Of a DNA stretch of 64,000 nt, positions 51,605 to 64,000 are shown piece after piece (position 1 is the first letter of the stretch; the number at the start of each line of letters is the position of its first letter). This DNA comes from Octopus vulgaris. Taxonomy: Eukaryota. The stretch lies in the NCBI GenBank assembly GCA_951406725.2, contig OX597822.1, positions 106,702,001-106,766,000 on the forward strand, written 5' to 3'. A program made the translations under genes and the position numbers. The notes under the pieces were generated by a model. The model was not told the origin of the DNA. It did no database searches and was given only the letters and a program-made list of their open reading frames with translations.

Positions 51605-51605
<1 letters not shown>
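51140..51605 (+). mobile_element. 3' end of a CR1-like LINE, (tttaagga)n tail
   Basis: ORF 51261-51533: CNSLGFRGPQLFNILPKCLRD...KLDLFLLGVPDEP...SNSLVDQ, followed by a stem-loop and repeat tail. Confidence 0.75.
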
Positions 51606-51652
<47 letters not shown>

Positions 51653-51668
51653 CATATATATATATATG

Positions 51669-51700
<32 letters not shown>

Positions 51701-51727
51701 TATGTATGTATATACATATATATATAT

Positions 51728-51786
<59 letters not shown>

Positions 51787-52509
51787 ATATATATATATGC
51801 ATGTATATATATATGTATGTATATATATACATATATATATATGTATGTATATATATATATATGTATGTATGTATATATATATATGTATATATATATATAT
51901 GGTATATATGTATGTATTATATATATATATATATATATATGCAGTTATATATTTCTATTTAATAGAATTAGCAAAACTACCTCGTTCCTGACTGAATCTG
52001 TTTTATTGCATCTCGCTAAAGTTTAGCAATGCAAAGAGTATTGTTTTACTATTTGGATTTTGTAAATCATTTCGTATCGTAGAAATTGAAGCCATCCCAT
52101 GTTCTAATACCATTGTACAACACACAAACACACACAACCCTAAAAATGCTGGCCGTATATTCATCATCATCATTATCATCATCATCATCATTGTTTAACG
52201 TCCGCTTTGCATGCTAGCATAGGTTGGACGATTTCGACTGAGGACTGGCGAACCAGATGACTGCACCAGCTCCAATCTTGATCTGGCAGAGTTTCTACAG
52301 CTTGATGCCCTTCCTAACGCCAACCACTCCGAGAGTGTAGTGGGTGCTTTTTACGTGCCACCAGCACGTGAGCCAATCAGGAGGTACTGGCAATAACCTC
52401 ACTCGAATCTTTTTAGTCAATCTCTTATTTCCTGAAAAAATAACCATGGAGTATAGCTATAATGTCAAATCTTTTTAGGATCAGTTTCGAAAATTATTTT
52501 GAAATTTTG

Positions 52510-52882
52510 CAGTGGCTGTGTGGTAAGTAGCTTGCTTACGAACCACCTGATTCTGGGTTCAGTCCCACTACGTCGCACCTTGGGCAAGTGTCTTCTACTA
52601 TATCCTCGAGCTGACCAAAGCCTTGCGAGTGGATTTGGTAGAAGCTGAAAGAAGCCCGTCCTATATATGTATATGTGTGTGTGTGTTTGTCCCCTCCAAC
52701 ATCGCTTGACAACCGATGCTGGTGTGTTTACGTCCCCGTAACCTAGCGGTTTGGCAAAAGAGACCGATAGAATAAGTACTAGGCTTACAAAGAATAAGTC
52801 CTGGGGTCGATTTGGTCGACTAAAGGCGGTGCTCCAGCGTGGCCGCAGTCACATAACTGAAACAAGTAAAAGAGTAAAAGAG
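52510..52882 (+). mobile_element. SINE family C. Others at ~15303, 16650, 17625, 40200, 41672, 44541, 46800, 57636
   Basis: Head gtggctgtgtggtaag...gggttcagtccc, core ccttgggcaagtgtcttc, tail ggcggtgctccagcatggccgcagtc...gactgaaacaagtaaaaga. Confidence 0.82.
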
Positions 52883-53413
52883 TATATCAAAGCAATCTCT
52901 TTGGACTGTTTGGTAAATATGAACGAATAATATCAACCAGGTTAGCTCCCCTAAGGAAACCGGAAGTTCAGAACATGCACAAGATGTACATAACTACACT
53001 TGAGTGATATAAACAGCTTTGCCTATGGTGCGACAATGTAAAATCGAGAGATAAGTGCTACAGACCTATGTACAGAGATATGATGCTACCGCTTTATATA
53101 AAGCTTTTTATAAAGTCTTATCAAAAAGCAATATGGTGCTACAGTCTTATGTTAAGAGCTATGGCAATACATACGTACGTATGTATCTAAAGAGACTCAG
53201 ATTGATGGGCCGAAACATATGCTGTATATAATAAAGGTCTAATATGAAATCCATCTCCTGTTAATTAATACTATCACCATGACTTCCACTACAGAGCTCC
53301 TGTAGTAGATCCAACGGAAGTATACCACAACTACGGATGACCAAAAATAGCATAAACTGTGCCGGTGCTCTCCTCAACATTTACACACACTAATCGACGT
53401 ATACTTATTATTA

Positions 53414-53477
<64 letters not shown>

Positions 53478-53713
53478 CATTATTATAATATATATATATA
53501 GTACAAATTAAGATAGGGTTTATGGGTGTAACCCACTATGGGATAGCAATTATCCAATATACTGTTGGTAAAGTACCCAGATTCTTAATACATAAATGTT
53601 TTTAATTGCAATGCAATTAACTCATTTATTGGCCGAGGCCTATGGTTATATATATATAAGTACCCTATTTTTAAATGCCTACAACCTCAGTAGGCAATGA
53701 AAATAAAATTAAC

Positions 53714-53938
53714 TACTTTTAGCCATAGGCTGAAACAGCTGTAAGAAGTGATTTTCATGATTTCAATAATTTAAATTATGACTTTTATAATTTGTATTCT
53801 TATCTTATATGTATTGAATTATAAGATATATATGTATGCTATTGAGGTTCTCATTTTGTTAAATGAATAACTGATCCAACGTTATAATATCCGAAAGTTG
53901 ATGAACAAATTAAATTTGCTTCTCCATTTTCTTATTTG

Positions 53939-53994
<56 letters not shown>

Positions 53995-54219
53995 CAAATA
54001 AGAAAATGGAGAAGCAAATTTAATTTGTTCATCAACTTTCGGATATTATAACGTTGGATCATTTATTCATTTAACAAAATGAGAACCTCAATAGCATACA
54101 TATATATCTTATAATTCAATACATATAAGATAAGAATACAAATTATAAAAGTCATAATTTAAATTATTGAAATCATGAAAATCACTTCTTACAGCTGTTT
54201 CAGCCTATGGCTAAAAGTA
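53714..54219. repeat. Near-perfect ~500-bp palindrome centred on (TA)n
   Basis: 53714-53942 is the reverse complement of 53991-54219, with one mismatch found by eye. Confidence 0.92.
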
Positions 54220-54949
54220 TGCAGTTTTATATAAAGGGATGTAGTGTGAGTATAAAGGGACTTAGGCGTACATAATTATATAAAGAGATATGATGCTACG
54301 ATCGAGTATAAGTCGATATGGTGTTACAGTCTTGTGTAAAGAGATAAGACGCAACAATCTTATGTGAAGAGATGCGGCGCTATTTTCTTCAAAATCCTTT
54401 GCCAGCAAATTTTTGTCCCTTAGATTACACATGCATTATCTTGTATATTCTGTCTTGAAAATCTTGGGCAGGAACAGTAGTGGAGGCGCAATGGCCCAGT
54501 GGTTAGGGCAGCGGACTCGCAGTCGGAGGATCACTGTTTCGATTCCCAGACCGGGCGTTGTTTGTGTTTATTGAGCGAAATCACCTAAAGCTCCACGAGA
54601 CTCCGGCAGGGGGTGGTGGCAACCCCTGTTGTACTCTTTCGCTCCAACTTTCTCTCACTCTTTCTTCCTGTTTCTTGTCCTCGACTTCCTACGCAACCGC
54701 TGAGACTGGATGCGCATTCATCCATCCGTCGATGCTCTCGGTGTCGGGGGTTGACCTGCTTTCTCTTCTGCGGGTTTTACGAATAACAAAGGACCTCGTT
54801 TCAGACTTCTCCCATCTTGCGAGCTCTGGGACGAAGACCGTTCGCTCAACAGCAACAGCAACAGCCGGAACAGCAATTGGTTTCCAACTGTTACAAACTT
54901 GTCTTCTGTGTTTTGGTCAGAGGCTGTTTTAAAATCTAACTGTTAGAAT

Positions 54950-57620
54950 ACATTGATTTTCTTTCTAAGAAGCTACATCTGCGCTTTCATCATTCACTAA
55001 TAGAAATTTTATATTTCGTGGTGTTTTTCATCAATGATATTACAAATAATAGCTGTTGCCTTTGTTCTCGCATATAAGCAATTGTCGAACGTGGGCAAGT
55101 ATTAGAAAACCGGAAAGAAGATCTACTTTTGAAATGAAACATACTTATCTTCAATTTAATGGAAGCCACATGAGACATGCTACACGAAAGAGAAGGCCGT
55201 AAGATATGAATTACTTTAGAAGTCTGACTATTTGCTGTAATCTTTCTTAAACGTTTCTCTCTGTCAAGACGTTTGTCAAATATTTACAACACTCCTCCTA
55301 GATAAGCCATATCTACATAGTTCACAAAATATATTTTTTTCAAACTTCAGCTACCCCTAGGATTATTAAACTACTTTTGTAGCAATTGGCTTATCAGTTT
55401 TTTTTTTTAAACTAGGTATATGCAGTCTTACTTTCTTATTTGGAGTTTCTTCTAAATCACTGTTCTTATTAATCTTTTTTCTCGGCCATCTCTGGGTTTG
55501 GTTAAATGGGAAGTAAAAAAATCATAATGTTTAAGCAAAACACAAATTTAAAACGAATGAAGACTCGTTTCACAACTTAGAAACTCAAGAAGAACTGTTT
55601 ATTTTAACTATGAAATTATTTTGTCTGCGCTTTGACCTCTTAATAAAGCAGATTCAAACATTTGGACATAAATGCGGTCACACAAATCAAATTTTACAAG
55701 AAGATACCAACAAATTGGTAATTTTTTATTGGTCGTACAAGTAAATGAGAAATATCTATCAAATTTCATGGAATTCATCAAAATAGGTCCAAGGTTTGAA
55801 AAGGAAAATTGGCAAATCCTGCAACCTTATTGACAGCTATGGTGTGGCAGCTCGGATACAAGTCAATTGGTGAGTTTGCAAAGAACAGACACCTCCGAAA
55901 TAAATAAACGGACATCTTAACTACTGGGAATGCCTCTGTGCGTTACATCTCGATCCTCTGGAACACGAGAAGGAATGACAGACCATCGTGTTTACGTGGA
56001 AGATTCTCGAAATATTTCGTTATAAGCTTTTGAATACAAGAGACTAAAACAAGAGGAATCAGTGGTACAATCAGTTCCCAGCGCTTCTTTCTTTAGAAAA
56101 TATATACCGCATAAAAATATACAGTAACAGCTGGGGATTTAAAGGACTCACGTCAGTTGTATATATTTCTTTATTGCCCACAAGGGGCTAAACATAGAGG
56201 AGACAAACAAGGACAAAGGGATTAAGTTGATTACATCGACCCCAGTGCGAAACTGGTACTTTATTTATCGACCCTGAAAGTATTAAAGGCAAAGTCGACC
56301 TCGGCGGAATTTGAACTTAGAACGTAGCGGCAGACGAAACACCTATTTCTTTATTACCCACAAGGGGCTAAACATAGAGGGGACAAACAAGGACAGACAT
56401 AGGTATTAAGTCGATTACATCGACTCCAGTGCGTAACTGGTACTTAATTTATCGAACCCGAAAGGATGAAAGGCAAAGTCGACCTCGGCGGAATTTGAAC
56501 TCACAACATAACGACAGACGAAATACCGCAAAGCATTTCGCCCGGCGTGCTAACGCTTCTGCCGGCTCGCCGCCTTCAAGTGCTTTTCAAAAGGATTACT
56601 AAGCATAATCAAATCTCTTGTCCAGACATTTAAAAAAGCTATTTAGATACATATCTCTCTAATATACCAGACTAGCAATTTGCGACTTGAAACTTAGGTT
56701 CTTATTTGTCACTGACAAGGCTGGTTTTCATTGGTTGAAGCAAGTAATGACAAGGTTGACGGAACCGTTAGCACGCCGGGCGAAATGCGTAGCCGTATTT
56801 CATCTGCCGTCACGTTCTGAGTTCAAATTCCGCTCAGGTCGACTTTGCCTTTCATCCTTTCGGGGGTCGATAAATTAAGTACCAGTTACGCACTGGGGTC
56901 GATGCAATCGACTTAAACCGTTTGTCTGTTCTTGTTTGTCCCCTCTATGTTTAGCCCCTTGTGGGTAGTAAAGAAATAGGTATTTCGTCTGCCGTTACGT
57001 TCTGAGTTCAAATTCCGCGGAGGTCGACTTTGCCTTTCATCCTTTCGGGGGTCGATAAATTAAGTACCAGTTACGCACTGGGGTCGATGCAATCGACTTA
57101 AACCGTTTGTCCCCTCTGTATTTAGCCCCATTGTGTGTAATAAAGAAACTGATGAGAGATCAAAAAGAGCATTGCTAAGATGTAAGGGAAGCAACCAAGC
57201 CAAGATTAATTTTCGATAACAAGGAAGTTTACTCCTTGTTAATTCCCTGTACAGTAGTCATCTGACGTTATTTTTTGAATCTGTTGAAAATGTCTTAGAA
57301 AAAAATTTTCTTCTGTGTCAGCTACAGAAACGAACCTTGGATTTTCTGTTAAAGGATTTTCAGTACGGGCAGCTTCTTAAACAGACAAGATCTGCAGTTG
57401 TGCAATTAATTAGAATACGTGGAGAGCTCTGTTGATTGTATTTTCAATTAGAGTAAGGGCGGTTGTATCCTTAGTCTTTGAACTTCCAGATAAAACGGCA
57501 GAGGTAAGCGAAGTTTACCCTGATCGTTGATCTAAAGGAGTACAGATGATGGTTGAAATACCCTTTGAATTAGTTGACCGCATCTCTTTTAAATTCATCT
57601 TAATGCTACCAGTTCCAAGT
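54950..57620 (+). mobile_element. Highly decayed Penelope-like RT region with SINE insertions
   Basis: Scattered RT-like remnants in collinear order (an FD motif near 55630, RVYVEDS near 55990), broken by many stops and frameshifts. Confidence 0.35.
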
Positions 57621-58046
57621 ATTTAAATTAACAGTTACTCTTTTACTTGTTTTAGTCATTTGACTGTGGCCATGCTGGAGCACCGCCTTTAGTCGAGCAA
57701 ATCGACCCCAGGACTTATTCTTTGTAAGCCTAGTACTTATATTATCAGTATCATTTGCCGAACCGCTAAGTTACTGGGACGTAAACACACCAGGATCGGT
57801 TGTCAAGCGATGTTGGGAACACACAGACACACAAACATACACGCACACACATATATACATATACATACATACGACGGGCTTCTTTCAGTTTCCGTCTACC
57901 AAATCCACTCACAAGGCTTTGATCGGCCCGAGGCTATAGTAGAAGACACTTGCCCAAGGTGCCACGCAGTGGGACTGAACCCGGAATCCTGTGGTTCGTA
58001 AGCAAGCTACTTACCATACAGCCACTCCTACAGCCAATAATGTGAC

Positions 58047-58155
58047 GCTTACAGCACCTAGGCTTCCCAAGCGGTCACCCATCTAAGTAGGCTCAACGTT
58101 GCTTAACTTCGGTGATCGGACGAGAACCGGTGCTTTCAACGTGATATGGCCTGCA
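58047..58155 (-). pseudogene. 5S rRNA pseudogene
   Basis: Reverse complement reads ggccatatcacgttgaaagcaccggttctcgtccgatcaccgaagttaagcaacg...gatgggtgaccgcttgggaa...gtgctgtaagc. It has a ~7-nt internal deletion and an altered 5' end, and is a single dispersed copy. Confidence 0.85.
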
Positions 58156-58201
58156 AATAATTAGCCCTACACAATGCATCGAGCACTCTTTTCTGACGTG
58201 T

Positions 58202-58275
<74 letters not shown>

Positions 58276-58419
58276 AGATACATACACACATGCACGCACA
58301 CACACACACACACAGATACATACACACATGCATGCACACACACACACACAGATACATACACACACGCATGCGCATGCACACACACACACAGATACACACA
58401 CACACACACGCATGCGCAT

Positions 58420-58456
<37 letters not shown>

Positions 58457-58589
58457 TACATACACGCGCGCGCACCCCCCACACGTACACATACACATTT
58501 GTATATATATAGAGAACAACTTTCCTTTTAGATTTCGTTTTTGGATTTGGTTTGCAAGATTCTTTATATGAGTTCGTGTGTTGAAGCAT

Positions 58590-58807
58590 ATCTGTTGTGT
58601 CTGGGGAGAGTCATTTTTTTTTTGTGCCTTATAATGTAGCACACTCACCGGTAAAATTTCCACTTATTTCATATTTTTAAGACTATTGAAAAGGTGGCAA
58701 GACGCAACGAAAATTTAAGGAGAATAAAAATATGAAATAAGTGGAAATTTTACCGGTGAGTGTGTTACATGTACAAAAAGAAAATGACTCTCCCCAGACA
58801 CAGCAGA
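58590..58807. repeat. Inverted repeat, ~85-bp arms
   Basis: gtgtctggggagagtcattt...cactcaccggtaaaatttccacttatttcatattttta is mirrored at 58725-58807. Confidence 0.85.
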
Positions 58808-59399
58808 ATTTTCTTTTAGACTTATATTGAATACATAACTACGTTCTAGTTTTGCCTTTCATTGTCAGATCTTTGTAGCTTATTTGTTGTTGTTCGTTCC
58901 TTCTTGAGGAATGCCTGGCTCATAAGGGCCGGTTTCCCGGTTTCCTTGGCGTATAGGTTCCCCACCTGGACGGGACGCCGGTCCGTCGCAGGTGAGCTGC
59001 AAGATGCAGGAGGAAAGAGTGAGAGAAAGTTGTGGCGAAAGAGTCAGCAGAAGTTTCACCATTACCTTCTGCCGGAGCCGCGTGGAGCTTAGGTGTTTTG
59101 CTCATAAACACACACATCGCCCGGTCTGAGATTCGAACCCGCGATCCCTCGACCGCGAGTCCGCTGCTCTAACCGCTAGGCCATGTGCCTCTACTTGCAG
59201 CTTATTTAGAACAATAGAGCCCCAAACTCATCATCAACGTTTCTAGATCTTCATAATTTCATCTTCAAGACAGAGCGATCTTTGAGTGTGTTACTGTCAC
59301 TTTATAGTTGGTAGGGTCAATGTGGTTTGTGTAGAAATCAGCGCCGGAATCTGAACTTTCAACTTTAGATTTATAGGTCATCACTCACGTGTTTATACT

Positions 59400-60830
59400 T
59401 CATCAGTCAAGTGTTTATTTTATTTGTAATTATTTGTGTTTATTATAGCATTGTATTGTTACACATCAACCACAAATCGTCTTTGTGGGACATTATATAT
59501 AGTATAGTGTGGAGGCGCAATGGACCAGTGGTTAGGGCAGTGGACTCGCTGTCGTAGGATCATAGTTTCGATTCCCAGACCGGGCGTTGTGAGTGTTTAT
59601 TGAGCGAAAACACCTAAAGCTCCACGAGGCTCCGGCAGGGTGGTGGTGGCGATCCCTGCTGTACTCTTTCGCCACAATTTTCTCCCACTCTTTCTTCTGT
59701 TGGCCTGCTCGCTTAGCCATCTGGGTGGCGTCATTTGAAGGCTAAAACAATGCGAAGCGCATTGTGACCAGCGATGTGTAGCAACATTTGATAGCCTGGT
59801 CGGTCACGGTGATCACGGTGATATATAGTATAGTATTGTCCACTAATATTTTCCCATCGAGCTTTGTTTCGTTCTGTATAGTGTCTTTTTTTGTTTTTGT
59901 TTGTTCCTTCTCGAGCCATGCCCCGCTCATAAGGGCCGGTTTCCCGGTTTCTTGGCGTATAGGTTCCCCACCTAGACTGGACGCCGGTCCGTCGTAGGTG
60001 AGCTTCAAGATGCAGGAGGAAAGAGTGAGAGGAAAGTTGTGGCGAAAGAATCAGCAGAAGTTTCGCCATTACCTTCTGCCGGAGCTGCGTGGAAGGTTAG
60101 GCGTTTCGCTCATAAACACATACATCGCCCGGTCTGAGATTCGAAACCGCGATCTCCTCGACCGTGAGTCCGCTGCTCTAACCACTAGGCCATGTGCCTC
60201 CACAACTGCATGGTGTAATACATCGTAATTGTTCCATTGTTGTATATGCATTCTTAACAGTTGTGAGAGCATCATACACGTATGGCCAATATAAGTTTGC
60301 AACACATACGTTACAATTGAATTTATAAGCGATATAGTTCATTACTAGCTTGTTGTTGGGCTTATATGCTTGAAGTTGATTACTGGAAAGGTTTTAGTTC
60401 CCGTATTTTTATAGTATATCATTAGTGTTATTTTTGTTAATAAATTATGTTACGAGCATTGCTTCCATAATTAATCTTAAGCTCTGTGGGGGCGGGAATT
60501 CTTTATAGTTTGGAAACGTTCTTTACCAATTTGTTTTAACGTGTTCTGTGTTCTGTGGTGTAGTGCCCCCTATGAATCTGATTGAAAGCGCATTAGAGAA
60601 CACGTGCATCTTCCGGAAGGAAGATCCACGTGTTAAAATGCAGGAGCACCAACAATATTATATCCGTTATTATCTTTGACAAAGAACGGAATGTTGGTAA
60701 TTTACGGGCGAGAGAAACCATTCTGTTTCAAAGACACGGATCGAATATCCTTTGGTCGGAGTTAGGCCAATGGCTTATATAAGCAGCCTACCACCACTAT
60801 CAGCATTACAGAGACTACTTATCCCCATGA
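59400..60830 (-). mobile_element. Penelope-like element relic (GIY-YIG EN and RT end), split by SINEs
   Basis: NYIAYKFNC / QTYIGHTCMMLSQLLRMH at about 60205-60345, and KLDGKILVDNT at about 59832-59870. Confidence 0.65.
59509..59821 (+). mobile_element. SINE family B, tRNA-derived. Others at ~12295, 16975, 22408, 28393, 32470, 35010, 46485, 54481, 58885, 59899
   Basis: Head ggaggcgcaatggnccagtggttagggcag...gtttcgattccc with A and B boxes, and a shared ctctttcgccacaactttctc core. Confidence 0.82.
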
Positions 60831-60856
60831 CTGCTGCTTTTGCTACGTCTTGGATG

Positions 60857-61265
<409 letters not shown>

Positions 61266-61784
61266 TCAAAATAAGCAACAAGCATATCCAAGGTATTGCA
61301 GTACAATCGTTTCATGCTACTTCATTTTATTAAACACTGTAAGTATCACATCAGTTTTTAAATGTCGATCAATCTTCAGCCACTTATAGAATATTCCAAT
61401 CAAACGGATAATGCACATTCTTATCCCTATTTCATATATATATATATATAAACACACATACATACATACATTAAAACACATACACATGCGCCAGGTTTCT
61501 TTCGGTATCCGTCTATCAAATCCACACAAAAGGCTTCGGTCGAATAGAGAGTATTGTGGAAGACACTTGCCCAGTGGGACTAAACGCGGAAACCTGAGTC
61601 TGGAAAGTAAATTTCTTACCCCACAGTCACGCCTGCTTCTCTCTATCTATCTGTATGTATGTATGTATGTATGTATGTATGTATGTATGTATGTATGTAT
61701 GTATGTATGTATGTATGCATGCATGTATGTGTATATTCATAATTGACATACAATATCTTCGACTAATACATATATATATATATT

Positions 61785-61836
<52 letters not shown>

Positions 61837-61916
61837 TATATATGTATATATATATATGTATATATATATATGTGTGTGTGTATATATACATAATTGATAT
61901 ACAATATCTTCGACTA

Positions 61917-61947
<31 letters not shown>

Positions 61948-61983
61948 TATGTCTTCCCTTCTCTGGATCTTTCCTTTTCCTAT

Positions 61984-62018
61984 GTTTCTGACGAAGGGCT
62001 CCGCTCGAAACGTTAAAC
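61984..62018 (+). ncRNA. Minimal PLE-type hammerhead motif (degenerate sister on - at 36785-36819; related motif at 27503-27538)
   Basis: guuu-CUGACGA-a-gggc ucc gcuc-GAAACGUU-aaac, with palindromic stem III (aacgtt). Confidence 0.6.
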
Positions 62019-62153
62019 CCTCCTTCTTCCCTTCCTTCCTTAGCGTCCAATAATACTATATTTGTTCCACGTCCTCACGTTGTTGTGTTTTCTCTTTGTG
62101 TTTTCATGTTTGGATTAACTTTATATATATATGTATATATATATGTGTATATA

Positions 62154-62212
<59 letters not shown>

Positions 62213-62239
62213 CATATATATATATGTGTGTGTGTGTAT

Positions 62240-62286
<47 letters not shown>

Positions 62287-62774
62287 CTTGTAGGGTATAA
62301 TGTGGGGCTATTTCAAGAGTAGCACTCATCCTGAGTTCTGGGCTATCAACACTGTCGGGTTTCAGACTAATACTGAAATCCTCTGGGGTAGAAAATCCTG
62401 ATTTCATGATGGTAAAAACGTTGTGTGGATGTAACGAAAGGTAAACAAATTCAAATAACAAGACAACGAAATTCTTTAACACACCTTAAATGATTCGTTA
62501 CAATTGTTTCCCCCCGATATAAGCAAAAAGCATTGTCTAGAAGACGTATAATGTAAGACCGTACCTTTTGATGCAAGTAAATGATGAAGTGCCAGTCTAA
62601 TGTCTAAAATCGCAAGTATTATGGAAATTTTCGTTTCGAATTTTGTGTAAACTGGCGTCGCAAGCAGTAATGGTTCAGAAACAATTATAACTGATCATTA
62701 AATATGTTTTTAAGGTATTTCTTTGTCTTATTATTACACACACATACACACACACACACTTCGATATGCTTTCG

Positions 62775-63408
62775 ACCATAAATTGGTCCAAATTGGTCTA
62801 AATTAATAGCACCACCTAATAGGATTTGCTACATCCTTTTTTAAATCGTATCATGGCCAATTCGAGTAGGGCGTTCTTGTCGAGTGAGTTGTATCAAGGT
62901 ATGGGTGGCTTATCTGGTATTCCTTGAAGAAATTTGTCCAGATTCCATTTTAAGGTGATGGGATCCTTTTTCTGTCTGATCTGTACTGGTACAATGTTAA
63001 AAGGAGCAGGGCCTGTTGAGGAAAAAAGAATTATGTTGCAGTGTATTTATGTCTTGTGATCCTGAATTGGATAGGGCACATATGGCCCATGGTCCTATCC
63101 GTGGATGAATTCTGAAACTAAAGTTGAGGTCGTTTGGATAGTGCTGGTGGTATATACTTCACATCGTGCAAATGATGTATCGCTCACGGTGGTGCTGGAG
63201 AATTTCAATGCTTTAAGCTGGTCCCAATAATTAAAATCAGCCATGCCTTTAATTCTTTCAGTGAATGCCCACTGAGGTGATTCAGTTTTCGAAATCTTTT
63301 ATTTTGCCTAGAGTGACCGGGGGCAGCAGTTGTCGAGGTGTGACCGTACACAAGAGGAGAAAAGAGGAATGATGACACCATGTTCTCTAGACCGGAAGCT
63401 TCTTAGCA
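62775..63408 (-). mobile_element. Decayed CR1-like LINE C-terminal fragment
   Basis: Minus-strand translation with frameshifts gives LRSFRSRE, LVRSHLDNCC, NYWDQLKAL, RERYII, GPAPFNIVP and LDKFLQGIPDKP. Confidence 0.7.
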
Positions 63409-64000
63409 ATATATATATATATATATATCTGAAAAGTTATTGTATAACAAAACAATAAAATAGAGTGTTTTTGTATTATTTACTCTGCATTATATGTGCT
63501 TCATTTGTAGCTCTTCTTAGCAAATGAAACACCCATAATAGAGATAAAATAATACCTCAAAATTTTTATTTTCTTGATTTGTTACACAATAACTCTGAAA
63601 ATTATATTTCCATAATTCTCAAATTTAATATGTATTTTGTCTAATATACAGCAGCAACTATGGATACGTATAAAAACGTATAACTTAGCGTTTATATTTC
63701 TAGATCTAATATTTCGCTTATTAAGGGAATAACGAAAGTACTTCTTGTTATAAGTAAATTCAATAGTACAAAAAAAAAATAAATTTCTCTACCTATACAA
63801 TAATATTTTACGTTATAAGCTATTTCACAAATCAACCACACCTAATGCTTTTAAATATTCACATATAATAATAATTGATAAAAACTAAAAAATTAGAAAT
63901 CAATATCTTTTAAAATCATTAAGCTTATAAATTGTTTACTTATCTTTTCGAAGACATTTAAAAACTAACAACATATTACTTAGCGTTTTTAATTTAAAAT

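Noticed and set aside
53184-53230. Hammerhead-like ctaaaga...ggccgaaac
   Set aside because: The core and stems are too degenerate; at most a relic.
54481-54556. tRNA genes at SINE heads
   Set aside because: The tRNA-like A/B boxes run directly into SINE bodies and are multicopy and degenerate.

Overview
AT-rich, repeat-dense eukaryotic DNA. The SINE, LINE and microsatellite content points to a cephalopod, probably Octopus; this is an inference. The only host gene I can support is a + strand SPAG1 orthologue (three TPR clusters plus a C-terminal RPAP3_C-like domain). I traced 16 coding exons by hand (2147-40834); all have GT-AG boundaries and consistent phases, giving about 880 aa. The 5' exons lie upstream of the window. 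Introns and the 3' flank hold nested mobile DNA: an RTE LINE with a PHD finger and many truncated 3' ends, CR1-like LINEs, three tRNA-type SINE families, Tc1/mariner, piggyBac, Mutator-type MITEs, Helitrons, Penelope-like (PLE) GIY-YIG relics and a 5S rRNA pseudogene. The most unusual signal is a set of type I hammerhead-ribozyme motifs in PLE-like repeats, several with a greatly elongated stem II. One ~460-bp palindrome (47660-48119) carries one hammerhead on each strand. Also notable: TSD-flanked SINE multimers with a fixed 184-bp junction, and a LINE-tail hairpin in the SPAG1 3' UTR. All alignments and folds were done by eye; repeat boundaries are approximate and no database search was run. 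Most ORF-track entries are microsatellite or repeat artefacts.
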